Shown piece by piece: positions 19,298 to 28,359 of a stretch of DNA of 64,000 bases. How positions within the stretch are numbered: the stretch's first letter is position 1; each line of letters opens with the position of its first letter. The notes beneath the pieces were generated by a model. That model did not search any database and was not told the origin of the DNA. It was given only the letters and a program-made list of their open reading frames with translations. The DNA comes from Obrimoposthia wandeli (lineage: Eukaryota): assembly GCA_977020255.1 (NCBI GenBank), contig CDROCS010005216.1, forward strand, positions 1 through 64,000, in the 5' to 3' direction. Made by a program: the position numbers and the translations under genes.

Positions 19298-22216
19298 ATG
19301 AAAAACACAATTACAACTAAAAAAACCAGGTTAGCTGCAAGCGTTCAGCAGTTATTTAATAATAGAAATATCCGTAATCATTTATCTATAGCTTGTTTAG
19401 GCTTAGCTTTGCCTTTTGCCGCGATGGCAGAAGAGCAAAAAATACCTGATGACATCGAAGTGATTGAAGTTAAAGGTATGCTAGGTAGTTTGAAAGCTGC
19501 AGCTTTACTTAAACGTACAGACGGTAGAATTGTTGATGCTATTGTTGCTGAAGATATTGGTAAATTACCTGATAATAATATCGCTGAAGCATTACAGCGT
19601 ATAACGGGTGTTTCAATAAATACTGATTTTGGTGTTGGTGATAGTGTTTCTATTCGTGGCTTGCCTCAAAACCGTGTTGAATTAAATGGCCGTTCAACTA
19701 TCGGTGATTCACGCGATGGTATTAGCTTACAAGATTTCCCATCAAGTTTCCTTAAAGCGGTTGAGGTTATCAAATCTCCGACTGCTGATATGATTGAAGG
19801 CGCTTTGGGTGGTACTGTTAGTCTTAAAACAGTACGTCCGTTAGAGTTAGAAAAATTGACAGCAGCTTTTTCTTTAGATGGTGAATATGCTGATAAAACT
19901 GAAAACTGGGCACCTGTTTTTAGTGGTTCTGTTGGTAATAACTGGAATCTTGGTGATGCGGGCACATTCGGTGCGCTCGCCATGCTATCATTCCAAGATC
20001 GTGAAATTCGTCAAGATGAGTTTTTTAGTCGTGTTAAGCCACAAGATATCGATGTTGATGGCTTAAGTGCTAACACTGAAAGTGGAAACTTTATTGTTAG
20101 AGATCAACATACTGTAGAGCAATATGTTGAAAATCGTAAACGTACTGCATTAAATTTATCACTTCAATGGGCGCCAGAGTCAGGTGAAGGTATGGTATAC
20201 CTTGATCTAAATGGCACAAAGCGTTCAGGTTCACAGCAAGGTAATTCAATTATTGCTGTTGGCGGTTCATTAGTTACTGATGCTAATACAACCCAAGATG
20301 CTAACGGACAACTGAACAATTATACCCTAGCCAATGATTTTGCTATTCCTAAAACCTACAGTGATTTTCGTGAAACAGACTCATTCTCTCATGCACTTGG
20401 TGGTGAATGGACTATATCAGACGGTATTTTAATTTCTGGTGAAGTTGCTGTTGCATCTTCTGAGAGTTTTAGGCCTGATTCTGAATTTACTTTACGTCCT
20501 ATTGAACGTGCAACCGGCAATACACATACCTATGATGGTGTTTTCTCTCAATCAGGCGATAGACTTCCTAGCATTATTCACTCAGATCCCAATGCCTACA
20601 CTAGCGCAGATAATTTAGCATTACGTACTTTTAAAACAGAAGAAAAAACCACAGAAAATGATGAAAAAGCGATTCGATTCGACATCACTATTGATGAGCC
20701 TCTTGGCATAGAGTGGATATCTGCTTTAAAGGCGGGTTTTCGTGTAACAGAACGTGAATATACCTATAAAGAATCTAAAGAAGAAATAAAAGATATTTAC
20801 AAAAATGCATTTAATGACTCTGATGGCTCATTAGCTACCTTGTGGATTGATGACTACAATGCTGCATTTGCTAACAGTTTTACTACGCTTAGCCATGATC
20901 ATTCATTTAACCAATTAGGTTTATCTGGTCAGAATGATTTATTAGCTTTCGCTAATTTCAATGGTTTAACAAATCCAGCCAATGCGTATTCACAGCTTCA
21001 ACAATTACTTGCAGGCACTAATTTAGCTACCACAGGCAGCTTATCGGATAACTTAACCGCAAATGATGGTGCTTTTCGTGATATCACCGAAGACACCCGA
21101 GCTATTTATTTATCAGCACATTTAGACTTTGAAGATATTACGGCAATTATTGGTGGTCGTTACATTCAAACCGATCTTGAATCAGCTGTTATTCGTGATG
21201 GTGTAAAGGTTAACGGGAATAATGATTATAATGATTTTTTACCAAGCTTAAACGTAACGTATAACGCTAGCGATGACACTATTGTTCGCTTTGCTGCAGC
21301 AAAAGTTATGCGTCGTGCAGATTTTGGTCAATTAAGTCCAGCATTTGATATTGATAACTCGATTGTTACTGCTGATCAGGGGGCTATCGATTTAGAACCG
21401 TTCCGAGCTACGCAATATGACCTATCTGTAGAGCACTACTTTGGTGAAGGCAACATGGTATCGTTCGCGGTATTTTATAAAAATGTTGAGTCTTTCTTAA
21501 GTACTGAGTCTACTTGTGTCGCTAACCCTGCAACGTTAGGCCAAAATGTTACCGAATGGGAAAATGTTTGTCAGCTTAGTGCAGCAGGCGTAGATAATAG
21601 CAGTTTAGTGTTCTCAAGTGCTGCAGATTTCGCTAACAACGCGGCAGGTGAAGCTCACGTTGCCGGATTACGGGATGCGGGTCTAACGGGTATCGATACT
21701 GAAAAAGATACTAACGGAGAAAATGGTAAAGTTAAGGGTTTCGAAATTGGTTATCAACAATTTTTCGACTTCTTACCTGGCGCTTTCTCTGGCTTAGGTG
21801 TTAGTGCTAACTATACCTATGCAGACAGTGAACAGCCTAACGGTAACCCGCTATTAGATATTTCTAAAAATACATATAACTTACAAGTATTTTGGGAATA
21901 CGAAGGTGTCTCTACTCGTTTAGCTTACAATTACCGTGATAGCTTTTTAGATACAGAAGATGAAAAACGTGTTGAATCAATTGACTCTACAGGTGCTATT
22001 GGCGCTGAAGGTTCTATCTACGGTAACAACTACCGTGAAGATAGAGGACAGTTAGATTTCTCAGCAAGCTGGGATATCAATGAAAACTTCACTTTAGTTG
22101 GCAATGCAACGAACATAACTGGAGAGCCTTCTGTTTTCAAATCTGATCTTGGTAGTAGCTGGAAATACACTGAAGCGGATCGTCGTTATACCGTAGGTGT
22201 TCGCGCTAAGTTCTAA
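19298..22216 (+). CDS. TonB-dependent receptor, probably for alginate oligosaccharides
   Basis: Signal peptide, TonB box DDIEVIEVKG, plug motif DAIVAEDIGKLPDNNIAEALQRITGV and terminal ...GVRAKF. The ORF track starts at GTG 19289; ATG 19298 has the better SD spacing. Substrate is inferred from context. Confidence 0.9.
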   Translation: MKNTITTKKTRLAASVQQLFNNRNIRNHLSIACLGLALPFAAMAEEQKIPDDIEVIEVKGMLGSLKAAALLKRTDGRIVDAIVAEDIGKLPDNNIAEALQRITGVSINTDFGVGDSVSIRGLPQNRVELNGRSTIGDSRDGISLQDFPSSFLKAVEVIKSPTADMIEGALGGTVSLKTVRPLELEKLTAAFSLDGEYADKTENWAPVFSGSVGNNWNLGDAGTFGALAMLSFQDREIRQDEFFSRVKPQDIDVDGLSANTESGNFIVRDQHTVEQYVENRKRTALNLSLQWAPESGEGMVYLDLNGTKRSGSQQGNSIIAVGGSLVTDANTTQDANGQLNNYTLANDFAIPKTYSDFRETDSFSHALGGEWTISDGILISGEVAVASSESFRPDSEFTLRPIERATGNTHTYDGVFSQSGDRLPSIIHSDPNAYTSADNLALRTFKTEEKTTENDEKAIRFDITIDEPLGIEWISALKAGFRVTEREYTYKESKEEIKDIYKNAFNDSDGSLATLWIDDYNAAFANSFTTLSHDHSFNQLGLSGQNDLLAFANFNGLTNPANAYSQLQQLLAGTNLATTGSLSDNLTANDGAFRDITEDTRAIYLSAHLDFEDITAIIGGRYIQTDLESAVIRDGVKVNGNNDYNDFLPSLNVTYNASDDTIVRFAAAKVMRRADFGQLSPAFDIDNSIVTADQGAIDLEPFRATQYDLSVEHYFGEGNMVSFAVFYKNVESFLSTESTCVANPATLGQNVTEWENVCQLSAAGVDNSSLVFSSAADFANNAAGEAHVAGLRDAGLTGIDTEKDTNGENGKVKGFEIGYQQFFDFLPGAFSGLGVSANYTYADSEQPNGNPLLDISKNTYNLQVFWEYEGVSTRLAYNYRDSFLDTEDEKRVESIDSTGAIGAEGSIYGNNYREDRGQLDFSASWDINENFTLVGNATNITGEPSVFKSDLGSSWKYTEADRRYTVGVRAKF

Positions 22217-22326
22217 TGAAAAGGTTAACAGCACTGAAGTTTAATTTTACTGAAGGCATCATTGGTTTCTATGATGCGAGCTCATTAATACACTTAGGTG
22301 TTAAATTCTCAAAGTCTTAAACATAT

Positions 22327-22361
22327 CGCAGTATTTGATCTAGATTGAATACTGCGTTTTT
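22327..22361 (+). terminator. Rho-independent terminator after the TonB receptor
   Basis: CGCAGTATT...AATACTGCG stem followed by TTTTT. Confidence 0.7.
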
Positions 22362-22680
22362 ATAGGGATTGGGAAAGTAATATAGATAGGCATTAGAGCG
22401 TTTTTCGCTGCTTCTTTATAGTCGAAATATCAAGGTATAGCTAAATACCATCGTTAAATAATACTTAAGATATAGTTTGATTATAACCGAGCTATAACAT
22501 ACAGCTTTAAATTTTTTATTTTAATCTTATTTTTATCAATAATAACAAGGTTTTTTGGTAAGGATGTTGTGAGGTGTTGCTACTTGATTTTTTAACAATG
22601 TCTTTATAGGTAAGGTCTAGCGCTTGATAAAAAATGTTTATTTTGTATTTGCTATGTTATTACCAATACAACCTGATTGG

Positions 22681-22709
22681 TTGACATCTTTACTGGTATT
22701 GGTTAGTAT
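22681..22709 (+). promoter_or_regulatory. sigma70-like promoter about 420 bp upstream of the oxidoreductase
   Basis: TTGACA (22681-22686), 17-bp spacer, TAGTAT (22704-22709). TTGGTTA at 22699-22705; TGTTATTACCAA at 22655-22666. Confidence 0.65.
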
Positions 22710-23133
22710 TTAATTATATCTTGATGTCATCGCTTTTAACTAATTAATAAGCTATCTGATAAAGAGCAACAGCAGCTTTAAAACGTATTTTTATAAATAT
22801 AACACTGCTTTTTTGATGGTTAATATGCTGTTTTACAGGGCAGGTTATGAGTAAAAGTATTGTTGGGTTTGAGCCTAATGTTGATTCAGCTCAGTTATAG
22901 AAAAGAATATAGCAAACGATATTTAGTATTTTAGAAGTGAGATAAGCACATCATTTTAATGTTTTATTCTCATTAGAATGGTTAAAAAAATTAGTGTAAA
23001 TATTTACTTATATTAGATCTTAATTCGGTCTTAGGTAATTTTCTATTTTAGTTAAATGAAATAGCTCAGCCACCATTGCGGTGAGCAATTTTGCACTCAG
23101 GTATACATACACCAATATATTTAGGAGTTAGTT

Positions 23134-24012
23134 ATGACAAAACCTATCATAGGTTTCATCGGCCTTGGCCTTATGGGCAGCAACATGGTTGAAAATTTAC
23201 AAAAGAAAGGCTTTGAGCCGATTGTAATGGACCTTAATAAGGATGCCGTAGCTGCTGTTGTAGCTCGCGGTGCCACTGAAGCAAATTCGGCTGCAGAATT
23301 AGCAGCAGCATGTGACATTGTAATGCTTTGTCTTACCACTTCAACCGTTGTTGAAAAAATTGTTTACGCTGAAGATGGTATTTTAGCTGGTATTAAAGAA
23401 GGTGCAGTATTGATCGACTTTGGTACTTCTATTCCTGCTTCTACACGTAAAATCGGTGCAGACCTTGCGAAGAAAGGCGCTGGCATGATTGATGCTCCAT
23501 TAGGTCGTACTCCTGCTCACGCTAAAGATGGTTTACTTAACATTATGGCGTCTGGCGATACTGCAACTTTTGAGAAAGTTAAACCTATTCTTGAAATGCA
23601 AGGCGAGAACGTCTTTAACTTAGGTGCTTTAGGTGCAGGTCACACGACTAAGTTAATCAATAACTTCATGGGTATGACTACTGTTGCGGCTATGTCACAG
23701 GCTTTCGCTGTAGCAGATAAAGCGGGTGTTGATCGCCAACAACTTTTCGATATCATGTCGACAGGTCCGTCAAACTCACCATTCATGGGCTTTTGTAAAA
23801 ACTACGCTGTTGATGGTGTTAGTGACCTGGGCTTCTCTATTGGTAATGCTAATAAAGATTTAGGCTACTTTCTAGAGATGGTTAAAGACTTAGGTACCCG
23901 AGCGCAAATAGCAGAGGGTACTTCAGCTAACCTACAAGCGGCCGTTGATGCCGGTATGGGCAATGGTAACGTACCAGAAATCTTCGATTACTTTCTTACA
24001 TTAGAAAAGTAA
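23134..24012 (+). CDS. dehR: NAD(P)-dependent beta-hydroxyacid dehydrogenase family oxidoreductase; probable DEH (4-deoxy-L-erythro-5-hexoseulose uronate) reductase of the Vibrio DehR type
   Basis: Rossmann GFIGLGLMG, DAPLGRTPAHAKDG and catalytic Lys in GAGHTTKLINN. From memory it closely resembles Vibrio splendidus DehR (not verified by search). It fills the otherwise missing DEH-to-KDG step of the adjacent locus. Confidence 0.7.
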   Translation: MTKPIIGFIGLGLMGSNMVENLQKKGFEPIVMDLNKDAVAAVVARGATEANSAAELAAACDIVMLCLTTSTVVEKIVYAEDGILAGIKEGAVLIDFGTSIPASTRKIGADLAKKGAGMIDAPLGRTPAHAKDGLLNIMASGDTATFEKVKPILEMQGENVFNLGALGAGHTTKLINNFMGMTTVAAMSQAFAVADKAGVDRQQLFDIMSTGPSNSPFMGFCKNYAVDGVSDLGFSIGNANKDLGYFLEMVKDLGTRAQIAEGTSANLQAAVDAGMGNGNVPEIFDYFLTLEK

Positions 24013-24565
24013 TGTGTTAATGACTTTATGATCATGTGGCGCAGTTAACATTTTAATTGTGCCACGCTTCACTCAATACCCAATATAATCGACAGTAACT
24101 TATTGGATAGTAATGTGTTTTAACTTATTCTTTTGCTTTACTTGCCCGTTCATCAATTAACTCATTATTTATATAAAAATTAAGAAAAAAGCTATCCCTA
24201 GAACCTCACTAAAATAATCATTTTGTCTTCATTACACCCGATAAATCCCTGCATTTTTTACTCAAACATTACGCCATTTAACGCTTGATTTAGCATAGTG
24301 ACTACTGATATTTGTTAATTATTCATTCACTATTTCAGATTTTTACCTATGTAGACTTTGAACGATGTAAATTTTTACTAATTTGGTAAGTGCTATCATA
24401 TTCAGTAAAACTTTAATTTCAGTAGCTTAGAGATCAGGAAATAACACATGCTCGAGTTGCAAATGTAAGAGGGCGTAAAGAGTTATTTATTGATAGCTAA
24501 GGCAATGGTAAGTAGCGAATAGCATTGTTTGAAAAGGGTAATATAAGCGTTTGTTGTGATGAAAA

Positions 24566-24593
24566 GGATAAGGCCTATCGACAGGCTTTATCC
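24566..24593 (-). terminator. Probable terminator of the GntR gene
   Basis: GGATAAGGCCT-ATCGAC-AGGCTTTATCC hairpin, followed on the minus strand by TTTT. Confidence 0.55.
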
Positions 24594-24794
24594 ATATCAG
24601 CATAATAATATAAAATGAAAATTATAATAAAAAACGTTAAGCAATCTATGGGCAAAACTTATCGATGTAATAGCTAAATATCAAACTTAAGTATCAAACC
24701 TAAATATTGAGTTCAGTTATTAACATTCAGCTTGTACCCCTAACGGTCAGCTCAAGCATTTCTGGATGAATAGAAAACTAATCAGTTATATATT

Positions 24795-25532
24795 TTATGT
24801 GCCGGCCGAGTTCGGAATGGAATATAAACCACGCTTTTCACTATTTCGCTGTTTAATCTCTTCTAAAGCTCTCGACTCTACAGCATCAAATAAAGCGTTT
24901 ATTAGACGATTAAAGTGACTATGCATTGCAAGTCTTGCTTGGGTAGCATCGCCAGACTTTAGTGCCTGATAAATCGCTGTATGTTCAGCGAGTGTTTTAG
25001 AGTTGTCTTTGCTGCAGACACTATCATAATCTTTAATGATCTCAGGCGTTGATGAACGTAATTTCCAAAGGTTTTCCGCTGATAATATCATGGCACTATT
25101 GCGGGTAGCATTGGCTATAATTTGGTGAAACTTTTTATCTGCTGCAGCAATAAAATGACTGTTTTCCATATCAACTAAGGTTTGATGTAAGCTGATTAGT
25201 TCATCTTCTGTAATTGTTGTTGCGGCGATTGCGGCGACTTCACCTTCAATTAATGCACGAGCTTGAGTGACTTCAAAGGCATTGACTTCTTTGTTGCAAC
25301 CAAGTTGGTTAACCTGTTTTAGTACATAAATACCAGAACCAGTTTTGACTTCTATTTTTTCTCTAACTTCTAAGGCAATGATAGCTTCGCGAATAGTTGG
25401 TCTGCTGACATTAAAGCTTTCAGCTAGTTCTCTTTCTGGTGGTAAACGACTGCCAGGAGAATATACGCCAGAATCAATCAAGGCTTCTATTTTATCAACA
25501 ATGCTCCAAAACAGCCTACGGTTGCTGCTCAT
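24795..25532 (-). CDS. GntR/FadR-subfamily transcriptional regulator of the alginate locus
   Basis: wHTH RLPPERELAESFNVSRPTIREAIIALE and FCD domain (ARALIEG, DKKFHQIIA, EHTAIYQAL, AMHSHF); divergent from the lyase operon. Confidence 0.92.
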   Translation of the reverse strand: MSSNRRLFWSIVDKIEALIDSGVYSPGSRLPPERELAESFNVSRPTIREAIIALEVREKIEVKTGSGIYVLKQVNQLGCNKEVNAFEVTQARALIEGEVAAIAATTITEDELISLHQTLVDMENSHFIAAADKKFHQIIANATRNSAMILSAENLWKLRSSTPEIIKDYDSVCSKDNSKTLAEHTAIYQALKSGDATQARLAMHSHFNRLINALFDAVESRALEEIKQRNSEKRGLYSIPNSAGT

Positions 25533-25692
25533 AATATTTCCTTAACTTTTATACAGATTATTATCGTTTGTTTATCGCTTAACTGTTGTTTAGCTATCGT
25601 TTAATTATCACGTTTAGATATATCAAATATCATATCGTTTTATTCTATCCTTAGCAAAATTATTAAATGAAATCTAATCTTTTTTTATAGAT

Positions 25693-25826
25693 TTGGTATG
25701 CACCATTATTATCCTTTGGTATGTAACAATAAGCAGAGTGTAAACTTTTGTTGTTACCAGTTTACCGTTTGTTTTTATTATTGGTAATGTAAAGTGGTTG
25801 ACAATTGTGTCTGAGGTTGGTTAAAT
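25693..25826 (+). promoter_or_regulatory. Divergent GntR / lyase-operon control region with repeated TTGGTA half-sites and a sigma70 -35
   Basis: TTGGTATGCACCA (25693), TTGGTATGTAACAA (25716), TTGGTAA (25781), TTGACA (25798-25803) and TTGGTTA (25817-25823). The -10 is non-canonical. The half-sites resemble FadR-subfamily UxuR/ExuR operators (TTGGTATACCAA). Confidence 0.55.
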
Positions 25827-26079
25827 CGAATGAGATGAGTAGTCGTAATTATAATATGTGATATGAAATACCTATTGTATCCGCTGCTCTTTGTTTTGGT
25901 ATTGATCTGTCGGACTAAGTTAATGCCTTAATAATAGTTATAGTAAGCAGGCTCAGGTGAGTTAATTTTATTGAGCTGATTATACTAGCGTTGCTGTTTA
26001 TTAATTTATTTGTTCATAGAAAGTAAGTTAACAAGTAACTAATGCTAGATCTTTTAAATATTATTTCATAGGTTAGTTT

Positions 26080-28350
26080 ATGAACCACGCTAAAGTATCC
26101 ACTGCTCTAAAGTCATGCCTCATGTTAACGATGTGCTGTATTTTAACAACAACACCGTTAGCCGCAAAAGAATGGCTAGTTGAAAATCAAAAAGCCTATA
26201 CAAATGCCTTAAAAAAAGTGCAAGCGGGCGATGATATTGTATTAGCAGACGGTACATGGAACAACTTTGAGATTTTATTTAAAGGTGAAGGTAGCGAGCA
26301 GCAACCCATAACACTAAAAGCACAAACAAAAGGCAAAGTATTTCTTACGGGTCAATCAAATTTAAGATTAGCAGGGAAACACTTAGTGGTTTCAGGGCTG
26401 GTTTTTAAAGATGGCTATACACCAAGCAGTGCTGTAGTCGCTTTTAGAAGTAATAAAGAAACTTTAGCTTATCATTCTCGTGTCACTGAGATTGTTATCG
26501 ACAACTTTAATAACCCTGATAAGCGTGAGTCCGATTATTGGGTTGCATTATATGGCCAATACAATCGCTTTGATCACAATTACTTAGCGGGTAAACGCAA
26601 TAAGGGCGTTACGGTTGCCGTACGACTTGACAGTGAAAGCAGCCAAGAAAATCATCATAAAATAGATCATAACTACTTTGGTCCACGTCCTATTTTTGGC
26701 TCTAATGGTGGTGAAACATTACGTATCGGTACTAGCCATTACTCATTATCAAATTCATTTACCTTAGTTGAGAATAACTACTTCGATCGCTGTGACGGTG
26801 AAGTTGAAATAATTTCGGTTAAGTCAGGTAAAAATACGATTCGTAATAATGTTTTCTTTGAGTCAAGAGGCACACTGACTTTACGCCATGGTAATGGCAA
26901 TTTAATAACAGAAAATATTTTCTTAGGTAATGGTGTTGACCATACCGGTGGTATTCGCGTAATAAACAAAGATCAAATTATTCGCAATAACTATCTTGAA
27001 GGTTTAACTGGCTACCGTTTTGGTAGTGGCTTTACGGTTATGAACGGTGTACCAAATTCAAAAATTAATCGTTACCATCAAGTTGAGAATGCGCTTGTTG
27101 AAAATAACAGTTTGATTAATGTTGCTCATGTGCAATTAGCTGCCGGTAGTGATGCAGAAAGATCGGCGGTTCCGATTAACTCGACAATACAAAATAACCT
27201 GATTTTTAATGAAAACAGCCAACAACCATTCACCTTATTTGATGATGTGAGTGGCATTACATTCCAAGGTAATGTCGCCAATACTGTTGCTCATGAAAAA
27301 CTATCTTCAGGTATTAGCCAACAAAAAATAGCGCTTAAACGTGCTGATAACGGTTTGCTTTATGCCGTGAATGATGAGCTTGCCAATAAAGGCGCATCAA
27401 AACAACTCTCTCCTATCAAAAAATCAGCAACAGGTCCAAGCTGGTATGCAAAAAAAGATAGCTTAGTGGCATTTGAGTCAGGTAAAACGATTAACGTCCC
27501 TGCAACTGATGATGCATTATTTAATGCGGTACTTGCTGCCAATGACGGTGATGTACTGTTATTAGCTGATGGCAAATACGATGTTAGAAAAATGATTGAT
27601 GTTAATAAAACTTTATCAATTAAAGCGCAACATCAAGGTCAAGCAAAAATCACTTTTGGGCGTTCAACATTATTCCAAATATCTGATGGTGGTAGCTTAA
27701 GCATTGATGGTTTAGATTTTAATGGTAGTAACAGCCCTGACTCTTCAGGCAACAGCTTAGTACGCTCTAAAAAATGGGGTATGGTTGATAACTTCCGCTT
27801 TGTTATGCGTAACAGTAAAGTGAGTGCATTAGATATCAATCATTCATTTCATTTCTTTGATTCAGGTAACGGTGCTTTTGCAGATTATATTGAGTTAACT
27901 GATAACCACTTCACTAACATTACTGGCGACTTATTGCGTTTAAATAAAGAAATCGAAGATTTGGGTATTTATAACGCTGAATATGTAATTTTAAAAAATA
28001 ATACCTTTGATAATGTACAAGGTGCGTTAGTTAATTTATATCGTGGTGGCTCAGATGAAAGTACTTTTGGCCCTCATTTTGAAATGAGTAGTAACACGGT
28101 AAGAAATAGTAGTAACGGTAAGCGTAATAAAGCGGGTTCGAGTATTTATTTACACGGTGTACAGGTCACTAATATTGAAAATAATATTTTTGATAATAGC
28201 GCTATTGTGGTGATTGAACATACCGTAGGCGAGCCTAAAACAGCAGTGAAGAACAATACTTTTAATAAAACTAAAGCACCTAGCGTGACAGAGCTTTATG
28301 CAAAAGGTCCACATACTGCCGTACTTTTAAATAACAAATCATCTTTTTAA
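26080..28350 (+). CDS. PL6 alginate lyase (chondroitinase B-like beta-helix, two-domain AlyGC-like form)
   Basis: Signal peptide, GDDIVLADG, NRFDHNYLAGK, NGGETLRIGTS, EIISVKSG (catalytic Lys), TLTLRHG (catalytic Arg) and a second beta-helix domain. Confidence 0.9.
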   Translation: MNHAKVSTALKSCLMLTMCCILTTTPLAAKEWLVENQKAYTNALKKVQAGDDIVLADGTWNNFEILFKGEGSEQQPITLKAQTKGKVFLTGQSNLRLAGKHLVVSGLVFKDGYTPSSAVVAFRSNKETLAYHSRVTEIVIDNFNNPDKRESDYWVALYGQYNRFDHNYLAGKRNKGVTVAVRLDSESSQENHHKIDHNYFGPRPIFGSNGGETLRIGTSHYSLSNSFTLVENNYFDRCDGEVEIISVKSGKNTIRNNVFFESRGTLTLRHGNGNLITENIFLGNGVDHTGGIRVINKDQIIRNNYLEGLTGYRFGSGFTVMNGVPNSKINRYHQVENALVENNSLINVAHVQLAAGSDAERSAVPINSTIQNNLIFNENSQQPFTLFDDVSGITFQGNVANTVAHEKLSSGISQQKIALKRADNGLLYAVNDELANKGASKQLSPIKKSATGPSWYAKKDSLVAFESGKTINVPATDDALFNAVLAANDGDVLLLADGKYDVRKMIDVNKTLSIKAQHQGQAKITFGRSTLFQISDGGSLSIDGLDFNGSNSPDSSGNSLVRSKKWGMVDNFRFVMRNSKVSALDINHSFHFFDSGNGAFADYIELTDNHFTNITGDLLRLNKEIEDLGIYNAEYVILKNNTFDNVQGALVNLYRGGSDESTFGPHFEMSSNTVRNSSNGKRNKAGSSIYLHGVQVTNIENNIFDNSAIVVIEHTVGEPKTAVKNNTFNKTKAPSVTELYAKGPHTAVLLNNKSSF

Positions 28351-28359
28351 GAGCTATTT

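Noticed and set aside
23134-24012. Sulfolactaldehyde reductase (sulfoglycolysis) call from the GRT motif
   Set aside because: No sulfoquinovose genes are nearby, the YihU NNYMS serine is Gly here (NNFMG), and context plus the shared promoter motif point to alginate.
24013-24794. 780-bp spacer between convergent dehR and gntR as a possible pseudogene
   Set aside because: No ORF remnant with recognisable similarity; only hairpins were found.
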